DNA from: Octopus sinensis
Lineage: Eukaryota
Direction: 5' to 3'
NCBI RefSeq assembly: GCF_006345805.1
Contig: NC_043005.1
Span: forward strand, 32,550,001-32,614,000
Length of the DNA: 64,000 nt
In this document: positions 1 through 12,170 of the stretch, one piece after another
Numbering within the stretch: the first letter of the stretch is position 1
How the letters are laid out: every line of letters begins with the position of its first letter
The notes under the pieces: model-generated
Databases searched by the model: none
Told to the model about the DNA's origin: nothing
Seen by the model: the letters and a program-made list of their open reading frames with translations, nothing else
Program-made: the position numbers and the translations under genes

Positions 1-40
1 AATATTGCAAAATTTTTTGTTCATTTTTTTTTACAGTTAA

Positions 41-852
41 CCCCTTAATGGATTATCCTGAGTTTACTTGTGCATCGCAAATGTATCTTTTTAGAACCAG
101 ACAAGTATACTTGGCCAAAATTAATTTTTAATTTTAACACTCAAATGAGTTTGTTTTGTGTTGTTTCATTTTTGAGCAATCACAAATTTACTCACATTGT
201 TTAAAAAAAATAAGTATTTTTTCATTTGATGGATTTGGCTATCTGGAATGCTTATGTTTTGTATAAAGTATCTCTGAAAACTTCAGCTTCTGCTATGAAA
301 CCACTGAAATCTAGAATGCAAATAATCACCAAGATTATTGAAAAATATAGGCCCTTATTGCCTTCCACGAAACCAGGAAGACCATCATCGATCCCACATC
401 CAACAAGATTTGCCCCAGCTGGTCAATTTCCTATGGAAATACCACCAAGTGATAGGAAAAAGAACCCTACAAGACAGTGTGCAAAATGTGCAGAGAAGAG
501 AGACACCAAAGGAAAGAAGATACATGTGTGATGTCTGCAAGATAAATTTGTGTGTAACTCCTTGTTTTAAAAATTATCATTCTAAATAAACTATCTCATT
601 TTCAAAAAAATTTCCTTTGATTTAAAAACAATGCATCTTATAAAAAAATCCAAGATAGTTAAGTTATATGTATTTTTTCAATGTCTGAGTTAATTCGTTT
701 AAATCAAAATGAGTAAAAGTACATTTTAATTTCTATAATAAAAAATAAAGGAAACAAGATAAAAAACTTTTTTTGTAATTAACACAGTATATATAATTAA
801 AAAAAAATATTCTCTCAAATGAAATGCCATGTCAAAATAATCCATTAAGGGG
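41..852 (+). mobile_element. Internally deleted piggyBac DNA transposon
   Basis: TTAA at 37-40 and 853-856 flank perfect 16-bp TIRs (CCCCTTAATGGATTAT 41-56 / ATAATCCATTAAGGGG 837-852). The internal frames encode the piggyBac transposase C-terminus. Confidence 0.92.
226..589 (+). pseudogene. piggyBac transposase C-terminal remnant (end of DDD region plus Cys-rich domain)
   Basis: DLAIWNAYVLY motif, then RQCAKC (ORF 226-531), frameshifting into CDVCKINLCVTPCFKNYH (ORF 338-589). This is the typical piggyBac cysteine-rich domain. Confidence 0.88.
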
Positions 853-1917
853 TTAAGGAAAACTGAGGCAGCTTAAATATTTCATCGCTTAAAACTAATT
901 CACTTTTACTAAATAAATAAATAAAACTAAATAAATGCTAATTCTGTTTCACTTGAAATGGTTTCTAATTTCTAATTTTTCTGAAGTTTGCATTTCTAGG
1001 TCGCTTATGAATCTACCTTAGCTGAGACATATTTTCTTAATATGAGTTTAGTTCTGCTATATAACTAATAATTGAACCAAATGAAACTTAGTTTACTAAG
1101 TGTTTAATGTTACACAAATTGGTTATACTTTGCTCTAAGGTGGAATAACCCCTCCTTCCCTGATTATACATATATAATGTATGTGTGTGTGTAAATATAA
1201 TAAACTGTAGCAAAATTCCAGCTAATTAAAAATGATCTGTATTATATTTCATTGATGAATTCCACTGAGTTATTAAAGACTTGAAACATATTTGTGATAA
1301 GATAGAAATTCTTTTTCAAAACTATTTTCTCTTAAGTAATAAATTAAAATTGATCACAATACACCATGTAACAATCTCTCTCGCTCTCCACACATCCTCA
1401 TCTATACCACACTAGTGTTCTTTCATTGCGTTCACTTTATCACCTCAGTTCTCTTTTGCCACTCTCTCTTCCAATGGCCTCTTGGTCATATTGTTTGTAT
1501 CCAATCTCATTATCTATAACCATCATTTAGCTGTTCCTCCCTCCTCTCCTTCTATTTTTCTTTTCTAGTGTCTTGTCATCACTCTGGTTCTTCTTTTCCA
1601 TTACCATCCTCTCTGCTCTGGCTCTTTTCTCACCCTGATGTGTAGGAAAGAAGGGAATGAATGCATAGAGACAACATTAGAGAGAGGGACTGTTCTAGTT
1701 TAGCCAGAGAAGGAACTCTGGTACAGGTGAAAGAACACATGGTGACAATGTAGGGTAGAGAGGACTCCCTAGTCCTGTTGAAGACAACCTTTGAAGTGCT
1801 GGTGCTACAATAAAAGAAACTGATTACACTTTGTAAAGTGATTGAAATTAGGAATGGTATCCTGATGTAGAAAAGGAACATAAGAGCAAGTTGTGAACCT
1901 CTACCCGACTACAATAG

Positions 1918-2120
1918 TGTTATAATTATTACAATGTTGGATTATTAATAACGCCCACTTCGGTATACAGTATACTTAGTAAAACCAGTAAAGACATGAC
2001 TATCTCTTACTACGTACTTCGTACTCTGGTACTTCACGTATTTTTCTTTATCCATAGTGACTAGGTTATTCCATTCGTCATGTAGGAGGGGTGTACCATT
2101 ATTACTAATTCCCTACATCA
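1918..2120 (-). repeat. 3' LTR of element A
   Basis: TGTTATAAT...CCCTACATCA, a diverged copy of 5576-5778. The adjacent TCTCTCCTTT reads as a polypurine tract on the minus strand. Confidence 0.9.
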
Positions 2121-2435
2121 TCTCTCCTTTTAAGTTTTTCATAGGAAGTGTCATTTTATTTAGCAAAAACTTTTTTCCACCCCACCTCCCTCTTTTGAAT
2201 TTTTTTTCTTTCTTTTCATGCAGTTTAATATTTTCTGCCATTGGCATCAATTTTCAGTAACTCTGTATGTTTTCTTTTCTTCTCACTTGTTTCTTCTCAC
2301 TGCAGGTTCAATCACCTGCAGTGGTATTGGTACTTGGAACATATCATACAATCATTCCATCAGTTCCACCAACTTCTTTGGTTTGCTTTCTATGAATTTC
2401 TTTTTCAGTTGGTTCCTATATCTCTTTTGTATGCC

Positions 2436-3874
2436 TTTTCTAGTTCTTTATTGATCTGGTTTACTGCTGCAAATGGCACATTCCATTTGGGTCTGAAAAT
2501 AGGTGTTGAATTTTCTGTGATAGCTATCTCTTCTTTTGTTTTTGTGAAACAGCCTAAACCTTCCAAACTTACACTTTTTGTTTCAGTTCATTGACCTCAT
2601 TCGATGATTTGACTGCTCCATTTATGTTATTGTACAAAACGCTTATGGATGTATCCCATAAATCAAATTTCTCCATACATTTGGTGCCAAATAAATTCAT
2701 GGATTTTTCTGACACATAAACACTCACTTTTTTGGTTCAACCTTTGAACATTATATTACAAACGTATTCACCTGTGAAATATAATTTTCTTCCTGTAACA
2801 CCATACGCTATTTTGTTTGAACTACATAATTTTGGTTTACCCATTTGTTTCCATGTTTTCTCATTTATGATTGTGATGTCACTTCCCGTGTCTAATTGCA
2901 TTCTGATGCTAGTGGTTTCAATTCTCACATTCATGAATTTTCTGTTTGTTGTAATCACAACTTTTCCTGCTGACAGACTATTTAATTTTTCTTGTTTGTT
3001 CCATTTTCCTATCTGTAAACCTGCAGCAATAACACTTTGCTTATTTATACAGACAATCTTTTTTCAGGTGCATACCAGCACATGTCATACATGGATCTAT
3101 ATCCCAGTATTTTTTCTGTTTTTCCTGCAACACTTTATTTGCCTTGCAACTTTCTTGTGCTAGTCTCATGTGAAGACACTCTTTTCATTAAATTTCTTCC
3201 ATTTCATGCCATAATTTTAATATCATGTCACACTCTTCCGATAGTTACTGCAATGTCAAATACGGGTTCATTTCCAGTTTTGCTAGAATCTTCATTCAGA
3301 TTTCTGCATCTCTTTTATCTGTCAACACTTGTGCAAAAATCAAACACTTGTAAGAATCTGGAGTAAGCATATCCAGCCTAAATCTCTCACATTCTTTGTT
3401 GACTCTGCCTGTGTAAGTAGTGAAGTCTTCATCTTCGTTCTTTTCTATGTTTAAACATTTCCATCTAGTATTAAACAGTGAACTCTTTTCACTAAACATT
3501 TTGCACAAAATGTCAACTGTGTCGGTGAAATTTATGTTGAATGCTTTTTTTGGTAATATGAAGTTGCTATATTTCTCATGCTCTGCTGTCACTAATTTTC
3601 TTAAAACTAGATGTGTTTTCATTTCATCTGTTCAATCCTGACATTCTTTTTCACAAATTTGTTGAAATCTTTGAAAGTAAGCCTCAAAGGTTACTCCTTC
3701 TTTGAGGTCATATTTGAATTCGCTTATGGAATTTGCGACATGGTTAGGTGAAAATGTATTCTCTAGTTTGATTATCAACTTCATTAGTTGTAATGTTTGT
3801 TGCTGCAATCCTTGTTGTTTCTTGAGTTGTTGCTGCTTTTGCAACTCAGCTACCCCAGCTAACAAGTCTTCCAT
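2436..3874 (-). pseudogene. gag-protease-RT-start remnant of element B
   Basis: MEDLL..., TFEAYFQRF, SLFNTRWKCLN, MQLDTGSDITII, then the RT N-terminal motif PIFRPKWNVPFAAVNQINKELEK at ~2440-2505. Contains stops and frameshifts. Confidence 0.85.
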
Positions 3875-4014
3875 ATTTTACAATTTTCGTAAGTTTGCAC
3901 AAAATTTTTGTTTCTCTTTTGTCAAGTTATTTAATTTTTCACGTGAATTAGTTTAAACTCTCTGTGTGGATGTTTTTTTTTCCACTCTGTAAATTTGTTT
4001 TTTCTTGTTGGCAC

Positions 4015-4307
4015 TGTTGTAGAGTGGGTTCCTCCTGCTGGTGTGATGTATGACTGCCATTGTACTGTAGCTACTGTTTTATGTTAGTAGCCACAATAGT
4101 TACTAGTCATCAAATACAGTTGTATCTCTTTGTACCGGAATAGTAATACACTAACTTCTGTCTTACTATTGCTGATAGCTCTGCAAGACACTGACTAGAA
4201 CTGTCGACTCACAACTCTTTCTCAATGACTGGCTACTGATCTATTTATAATGGCTGCTTCCTACCACTTTTTACTGGGAGGGGTATACAGTTTCACTATA
4301 CCACACA
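4015..4307 (-). repeat. 5' LTR of nested Gypsy element B
   Basis: A TGTTGTAG...CCACACA segment sits between the two gag-pro units. A degenerate PBS (TTCTTGTTGGCA, ~4002-4013) lies in the same relative position as in element A. Confidence 0.65.
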
Positions 4308-4309
4308 CA

Positions 4310-5470
4310 TATATCTTAGCCTTTTTCATTTGACCTCAACATGTTACATTACATATGAATTCATCGAAAAAATATCTTTTTCCTGTAACACCATGTGCTA
4401 CCTTCTTTTGATTTAATTAATTTTGGCATACCAATATATTTCCACGTTTTTTCATTTATAATGGTAATATCACTACCAGTGTCCAATTGCATTTTAACAA
4501 ATATATTTCTGATTTTCACCTTCATGAATTTCTTCATCATTATATTATCAGTTTCTTCTGATGAAATACTATTTATTCTTTTTACTTTGTTCTGATGTTT
4601 TGTCATCTTTGTTCTACTATGCATCTTTATATGTCCTATATTACCACAATGAAAGCACTCTGCTTTTTTAAATGGACAGTTTTTCCTCAGGTGTATACCT
4701 CCACATGCAAAACGTGTTTATTTCCTGATTTTGGTTTCGTTTTTTTAGAAAACACTTTATCTCAATTCTGACTATTTCACACTTGCTTTACCTGGAGATA
4801 TCATTACGTTCAATTTCCTCTGTGTCATGTCTAAATTTGACTATCCTTTCACGTTCTTCTGACACTTGCTGCAGGGTTACATCCTGGTTTTGTTTAAGCT
4901 TTGTGAAAATTCTAGATCTAACTTCTGCGTCCCTTTCAGCAGTAAGTCCCTGTATAAAAATCAGGCATTTTAACCTATCTGGCGTTAATTCGTCCAGCTT
5001 AAACTTCTCACACTTCCTATTTACTCTATCAGCATATGTGATGTAGTCCTTGTCTTTGTTTTTCTCTTTGTTCAGACTCTTCCAACATGTGTTGAACAAC
5101 AAACTTTTTTCACAATATATCTATTGTGTCATTAAAGTTTATGTCTGAAGGTTTTCTTAGGAGTACATAATTACTGCATCATTCATGTTCTGTTGTTGCT
5201 AGTTTTCTGAAGATTAAATGCGTTTTCATCTTGTCCCACTCTTTACATACTTTCTTGAAGATTTCTTCATATCTTCTGTAGTATGCTTTGAAAGCAACTC
5301 TTCATCAGGTTAGTGTTTGAACTCTGTTATGGAGTTCACAACATAGTCTGTTGAGAACACTTTTTCTGATTTTCCTGATGACTTCAGTAATTGCAACATT
5401 TGTTGCTGTAATATTATTTGTTATTGTTGTTGCTTCTGTTGTTGCACTTGCAGTTGTATCTGCATAATGT
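4310..5470 (-). pseudogene. gag-protease remnant of element A
   Basis: Broken frames: LFNTCWKSLN...KCLIFIQGL (Mag-type gag) and MQLDTGSDITII (aspartic protease DTG). Interrupted at ~4310 by LTR B. Confidence 0.85.
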
Positions 5471-5561
5471 TTATGATTTTTTTGGTAAAATTTGCATGAC
5501 AAAACTTTGTGAGTTTATTAACTCCTCTTTGAGTTTCTATTAACTCCACATGAATTGGTTT

Positions 5562-5574
5562 ATCCTCGTTGCCA
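5562..5574 (-). promoter_or_regulatory. Primer-binding site, tRNA-Ser(GCU)-type
   Basis: Minus strand reads TGGCAACGAGGAT one base after the LTR. This is one mismatch from the complement of the tRNA-Ser(GCU) 3' end (ATCCTCGTCGCCA). Confidence 0.8.
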
Positions 5575-5575
5575 C

Positions 5576-5778
5576 TGTTATAATCCCTTTAATGTTGGAT
5601 TATTAATAATGCACACTTCGGTATACAGTATACTTAGTAAAACCAATAAAGACACAACTATGTCTTACCGCCTACTATGTACCATGGTACTTCATGTACT
5701 TCTCTTTACTTATAGTGACTAAATTATTCCATTCATCACTTAGGAGGGGTGTACCATTATTACTAATTCCCTACAACA
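5576..5778 (-). repeat. 5' LTR of element A
   Basis: TGTTATAAT...CCCTACAACA, followed on the minus strand by the primer-binding site. Confidence 0.9.
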
Positions 5779-7024
5779 GATAGCTCATCCAACTAATGGG
5801 AAAAGTGAATATAAAATGTTAATGGTGGCACTGCCTTCTCCTCCTCTAACATCCCTGTTCTTTGCTATTAACTAACAATATCAACACCAGTAAATTCACC
5901 TATTTCCCATGGTTTTCTTATATAAATAAATTAATTGATGTTTCTGATTGGAAAACCATTTCCTAGCTTGCCACAATTCCCTTGGCTCACCTCTGTTGGA
6001 CATTCTAGGAACTAATATTCTATATTTTTAGCTCTCCTTGTCATTTGATACATGTACAGTCAAAACATTTATATAGATTTAAAATATTCAATAAAAAACA
6101 TTGCCCTCAGTGTTTCAGACAAAAACAAAGGAAAAAACTAATATCCTACCTGCTCAGTCTGCATCCTCTTCATAAGCAAAACTGTTATTGTAAGCTAAAA
6201 GAGAAGGTCCAAGCCATTATATTGGTCATGCTTTATATGCTGCTGGATTGCCATTCTTCAGTATTCATGACAGTGATATCTCCCTGCTTGAGCCTTACTC
6301 TGTTTTCATTTATCATTTACCCTAGGTATTTCTGTTTGCATAAACTCTGCTCAAATTTCTCTCTCTTAACACTCTCACCTGTACACTGCCTGCCCCTTTC
6401 ACTATCAACTACCTTTACATGCAAAAAAACTTCTTGCTGACACATTTTGCCTGAGAAAGAAAGGAAGGAAAATGCTAACAGAGTTAAAACACCTCTGTGA
6501 TGCTCTGCAAATATCTTTGTTTTTTTTTTTTTGACTAAATGAAACAAAAAAAAAAAAAAGATATTTTCCCCTTTCATCTTCTGAAATTTGACATATTGGA
6601 CTGTTTCATTAGCAAAAATTTGATTCATTTCTGTGTTTCTATTTCAAGGATATTTTAAACATTCTATGATGGAATGTACTTTCGACATTTATTCAATTGT
6701 TTATCTTGTTGATTATCCAACACATGGACGGATTTTTTCGTCCTATTTATGAGAGTCAGGAGTTGAGAAGTGGAACAGCTCTTATTGCTTGTTGCACATA
6801 CTATTCACTCACTTGCATGCACACATATGCTCACATGCAAACCATTCACTGACAGGAATATAACCTGTCTGTCTGTCTCTGTCTGTATATCTCTATCTTC
6901 TGTCTGTCTGTCTCTCTTTCTCACACATAAACACACATGTGCATGCATAGAAAGAGGCATACACAAACACTCTCTTGCTGTCTTTTTTCTTCTCTTTCTT
7001 CTTCTTTGTGTTCTTGTATATCTA

Positions 7025-7081
7025 CAGGGGTTGGACAAGGGTGTTGGACAGAGGCGTTTCCATTATTTTGTCCAACCCCTG
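7025..7081. mobile_element. 57-bp Tc1/mariner-type MITE
   Basis: TA-CAGGGGTTGGACAA...TTGTCCAACCCCTG-TA: perfect 14-bp TIRs with TA on both sides. Confidence 0.8.
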
Positions 7082-7442
7082 TATTTTTTCTTTTCCTTTC
7101 TCTTTATAAAAATTTGTTTATCCCTTCACATCCAATTTTCCTATGCAGTATCACTATCTACCACATCCCTGCCTCATTCTGCCTATCACAACCAACATTT
7201 TCAGCTTTCAGCTCTCTACTTGTTTCCAGATTTCCCACAGAAACCTTCCACTCTCAACTCACAAATTTCACCTCTAGCAAGTCATATTTCTACACCGTTC
7301 ATGCTTGGCTCGCTTGCATTTAGCCGTTCATTGCACACCTAAAAGACCATGTTTAACCTATTCTTCTAGCTTCTCTGCATTCAGCATCTGCATCTCATTA
7401 CTCTGCATTTCCATCTTTCTTGCACCTGCTGCACACAGTGTT

Positions 7443-7580
7443 CATAAGAGACCAATAGAATAAGTACTAGGCTAACAAGCAATAAGTCCTGAGGTTGATT
7501 TGTTCGACTAAAGGTGGTGCTCCAGCATGGCCGCAGTCAAATGACTGAAACAAGTAAAAGAATAAAAAAGAATAAAAGAA
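7443..7580 (+). mobile_element. SINE family A, 3' fragment
   Basis: Matches the 3' part of 45627-46090 (GAGACCAATAGAATAAGTACTAGG...GCTCCAGCATGG...AAAAGAAT tail). Confidence 0.8.
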
Positions 7581-7852
7581 TGATCTACATACTTTTGTTT
7601 ATGAAGCAAAAGAGATGCAAGGTCACTAAAGAAATTACAGTGAAGGTCTATAAAACTATATCTCCCTGATCAAAATGTGTGTTGTATGCAATACACATAA
7701 ATTTACTATAAATCATATCTGCATGAGAGGGACCAGCAGAAGATCATGACTCTAGACTTGCTTGCAGTGACCTTATCTCTTATGCTATGAATATCTTTTA
7801 TGAAGATGGTGACTACTGCTGCTGCTGTCACCACAGCAGCAGCAACAGCATG

Positions 7853-8347
7853 AGGCTTGCAATTCTGAGGTGCAATTGATTATATCTTGCCCCTCAGATG
7901 TAATCAACTGGCTGGTACTTTATCAACCCCAAAAGGATGAAAGATAAAGTTGGCCTTGGTGAGATTTGAAGTCAGAATGTAAAGAGCCAGGAGAAACGCC
8001 AGAAGCATTTTGCCCAATGCACAAAATACATTACTTGGAACAGCAAGGATCATAAAAAGAATCGTTGTGACCTGAGGTTTGTTGGGTGTAGCTTGTTCCA
8101 AAGAAAAAATTTTCTGGTTCAACCATCTCACATCAAGATAATTCAAAAATAATAATAATTTCAAATTTTGGCACAAGGCCAGCAATTTCGGGGAAGAGGT
8201 AAGTCGATTCCATTGACTTCAGTACTCAACTGAAAGTATGAAAGGCAAAGTCGACTCTGGCAGAATTTGAACTCAGAACATGAAAACGACAAAATACTGC
8301 TATGCATTTTACTCAACATGCTAACAATTTGGCCTGCTCATTGCCTT
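7853..8347 (-). mobile_element. Two copies of SINE family B (about 7853-8022 and 8159-8347)
   Basis: Reverse-complement matches to 45295-45509 and 57830-58033. Confidence 0.8.
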
Positions 8348-9264
8348 AATAATAATAATAATAATGACAATAATAATGACGACGACGACGGCGACAGCTT
8401 TAGTTTTTGACACAAGGCCAGCAACTTTATAAGTTCTCAAGTTGAAACTCTTTTTATTAGTATTGTTAAGAACACCAAGCACCTCAACTATATTATATCT
8501 AGCTTCGTAATTGTTTACAATAAAATGTTTTTTCTTGTATGTAGAAGTATATATAATTACATACACATGTATGCACATACATTGTACATAATGAAGATAA
8601 TTTTTATGCAAAGTTAGAAAGCATCCAACCTAATAATCCATTAACTGACTTATATTTGTTATTTCTTGTAAAAACCATCTTTGTTTATTTTTACAAAATT
8701 TTTGGTGTCTTTTAGAAAAAAATCTGACACTTTCTTTGTATTTTTTTATAGATATTTCTTTGTTCTTTCATTATTTGAACCTAAAATTCATTCTGTCTAC
8801 TCTCTGCTGCAATTGCTATCTTGCCACTTTCCATACAAGTACTGCAACACCACTAACACCATCACTGCCACCCCCACTGCCATTGCCACTTCTATCAACT
8901 GTAACTTTCACTCTGTTTCCAACTCCAAATAGCTTGTAAAATTGTTTTGCTGTTGTGTTTTTTAAGAAAGTTTATGTAATGTATCCTTTCACAGTCTATC
9001 TTTTCACTGGACTTGAGAATTTCATTTCCCATCATGTAGAAGCATAATTTACCATGGCTAAAATGTAGAACATGAATTCAATTGTTGATCTTATCTGTAT
9101 GGGTTTTAATACAGTTTTAAAACTGTTTTAATAAATTAATTATAACTAAATACTACTTCTGCTTCTTTCTCCACATTTACTACATATTCCTGCTGAACTT
9201 TCTCTTTTCATTCTTTATGTCTCTAGAATTGCTAAGTCTGATGATAACCTTAGTCTATGAAACC

Positions 9265-9470
9265 CAACAAAGTTGGATGGATTGACAATACCTCAATATT
9301 ATCATGAAGCAGTGTACTCTGAGTTGACTCCTGTCCTTGCCAAATGTCTGAACCTTCACTAAGAATAGAAATGCACAACAGTTTTGCCTTTTCCCATGAA
9401 CTGCAAACTTTGTCTTTGGTTTAGTAATCATATTCCAATATTTCTTAAAAGTATTGTCAGTTCAGTTTTC
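9265..9470 (+). mobile_element. Degenerate LINE RT N-terminal fragment
   Basis: Gapped reading resembles K.NK..G.D.I...IMKQC...LTPVLAK...K...VLPFP. Heavily decayed. Confidence 0.35.
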
Positions 9471-10699
9471 CTATTGTGTAGCATATAACAATAACAGCAA
9501 CACCCTACATCACACAGGATAGGTATATTTTGGGGAAAAGGAAGTTGTCATACTTGACATTCACAAAACCATCATCTCCTTCTGGCAAAGCTGCCTGTCT
9601 ACATATTCTATTTATCATTGGCCCCTTACATTGAGATCTTCTTGTGAAATTCTCCAACATGTTGATACCATTCTCTCCTCCTCCTCCCCCTCCATTAATG
9701 ACCAACATACTGACCATGTCTACCCTTCTGCTGATCACATGACTCACTACTCCTCCATCCTTCCCCCTTCACCACAGCAATGTTACTGGTTCCAGACACA
9801 TGTGGCACAACCACATCATACCAGACACATACATCATTTATGAAGAGAAACTATAAAACATGCTACAAAAATGATTTAACAAAAGAAATTAAAACATAAA
9901 ATAAATAGTTCAAGAAAACAAAGCTACAAGCCTAGCAGCTATAGTGTTGATGGTGATGGTCATGCCTGTTCTGAAATATATCTTTTATTTGTGGAACATG
10001 TCTTCTTTTACACAGTCCAGTGTTGGAAGTCCACAAAACTGTATCTTGTTATTCACCTCTACCTAGGTTTCAAATACTTCTTAGATATATCCAACTTTGA
10101 GGGTCTATATATTCTTGTTCTTCAACACTAATGTATATAACTTAAGAAGTTGAATATGAAAACACTTGTATTTAGCTATATTTTATTATTTAAATAACTT
10201 ATATATAAATATTGGTTGGTTACTGACTTCTAGAATGAAATAACATATTCTCTTGTCATGTTTGACTCGTGTAAAAACTTAGCTCAGCATTGTTCAGTTT
10301 TGTTAGTCTGTGACTGACTGATACCAACAGAAATTAACTATAAACTATAGCAAATTCTAAGAGATAAAAGGTTTCTGAAGTAGTCTTAATTATTATAATA
10401 AAGAAAGATTGCACCTCTTAGAATATGTGTGTGTGTTGCTTACATTGTTTTAATTGTCTAAAGTGCTAATTGTATGCTAGTTAAGAGAAATAGCATTTTA
10501 AAGTAATAACCATTAATTAAGTTCTTTTTATTCACCAGTTATTATTGTTGTTGTTGTTATTCACTCTTGACTGTTAGTGAATAATACTCTTAATGTCAAC
10601 ATTTATTTTTTTTCTCAATCACTTCATAACTCTCTAGCTAATTTAATTCTTGACCAAATCAAATGTGATTAAGTTCATTGAAAGGACCAGTGCTATATT

Positions 10700-10960
10700 T
10701 TGAGAATTGCAAGAGTGGAAGCAAAACTTGGAATCAAAGGATCTTAAGTTAGTGAGGATGAAGCTTCTAGTACACAAGAAATCAGTCAGGACCTTATCCC
10801 CATCTTAGGTAAATGGCCCTGCTCAGTATGTAGGAAAGGTGTTGGCAGGTATTCCATATGGTGTATTCAGAGCAAGCTATGGACACTCAAGAGGTGTGGT
10901 GGAATTGCAGGAAGGTTAATGGAGAAAGTAGTTTTTGTATGTGAAGATGATCAAGGGTCA
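10700..10960 (+). mobile_element. RTE-type LINE ORF2 fragment with a Cys-rich (PHD-like) insert
   Basis: QEWKQNLESKDLK (end of RT, like W...LE..GLK), then GKWPCSVCRKGVGRYSIWCIQSKLWTLKRCGGIAGRL...FVC. Confidence 0.65.
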
Positions 10961-11442
10961 TAAAATCCAAGGTTACTGCAAATAAGTTAAATACAGTTTA
11001 ACATGGGCATAGCTTTCAGCAATCATTCACTGATTTGGCCATGAACATGATGAGGTGTAGAAGAGGGAGTGACAGTCACACTTTAAAGTCTGTTAACCTG
11101 TTATGTCTATTAATAATTAGAGGAATATTAGATTCAATGCTGTAAATTTATTATTTAATCAAACAAAAAAAAAAATATAAAGAAAAATATCACAGCTAGG
11201 CTTACTCTAAATTCCCACATCCATTCAGAGCATTCACAACAATTTCATTGTATTTATTCTTTGAATGCAAAATGCTCTATTAAAAATACCTGTACATCAA
11301 CACAACACTTATTAGTTTAAACTTTTGTGTTTAGCCCAAGGTAGACCACTTGAATTTTAATATGTTCTATTCTGTTAATGAGGTGATAAATCATAGAGAC
11401 ATTTCATGTATCTACTAACTGCGTATATGATCATGCACTTAC

Positions 11443-11710
11443 TGATGTTTTAAATACTTTGTTTGGAAAAACAGATGGCGAGGGGTGATCTGTCAATGGT
11501 CCATCAGAATTGACAAAATGCTGGGAGCAAATATGGCTATTTGCAGTGTAAACAAATTCTTTCCTCACAAGTCTCAATCTCTGAAGCCAAATACAACAAA
11601 TAGTGACGTTTTCAGGGTATCTATGAAGTGAAATAACTTTGCCGTCTACATTCTTCCCTCTAATAATTGCTGCATACACAACAGTATTTGTGTGATTTCT
11701 TCGGAGACAT
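11443..11710 (-). pseudogene. THAP zinc-finger exon with a 1-nt frameshift (likely DNA-transposon derived)
   Basis: ATG at 11710 gives MSPKKSHKYCCVCSNY. After a 1-nt shift the frame reads RGKNVDGKVISLHRYP...W...HICSQHF...PSVFPNKVFKTS and ends at a GTAAGT donor (11442-11437). Confidence 0.8.
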
Positions 11711-11949
11711 ATTAACCGGTCATACAGCCTGTGAGTCGTTAGTCCGCTGAAGTAAATGCAAGTCACTGAGCATGCGTACATGTCATATGGGAGAGTTCCA
11801 ATCGGAACCACCTATAGCAAGATGCCTGTGCTTGTCCTATCATACTTCAGCCTTTCAACACCTGGCATAAAGCTACCCACATCCACATGTCCCTCCCAAA
11901 TACTTCTTAGTAGTGGGAGCTTTTTCTTTTTCCTTTTTTCATGCTCTTT

Positions 11950-12170
11950 TCTGTTTTGTAAGTCACATGGCAACTTCACTAGTGCCAAAGACATGAAAAA
12001 GTACCCTGTACATTCTGTAATTTGAGTGATGTAAGGAAGGACATCCAGTTGTAGAAACCATGCCAAAGATGACATTGGATCCTGATATAGCCCTGCATCT
12101 TGTCAGTTCCCTGTCAAACCATCTAGTCCATGCTAGCATGGAAAGCAGATATTAAATGATGATGATGATT
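11950..12170 (+). mobile_element. Repeat ending in an RTE-type 3' tail (SINE or LINE end)
   Basis: CCATGCTAGCATGGAAAGCAGATATTAAA(TGA)n tail shared with 17745-17790 (reverse) and 60685-60730. Confidence 0.65.

Larger units (their letters stand above)
1918..5778 (-). mobile_element. Gypsy (Mag-like) LTR retrotransposon A, internally deleted, with nested element B
   Basis: Two ~203-bp TG...CA direct repeats at 1918-2120 and 5576-5778, flanked by AATAG/GATAG (5-bp TSD, 1 mismatch). PBS at 5562-5574, PPT at 2121-2131, and gag/protease remnants on the minus strand. Confidence 0.9.

Noticed and set aside
6770-7342. 190-aa ORF
   Set aside because: Low-complexity translation running through microsatellites and a MITE, with no recognisable domain.
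9237-9265. CTGATGA...GAAAC hammerhead-like spacing
   Set aside because: No convincing helix II or cleavage-site pairing. It overlaps a decayed LINE RT reading.
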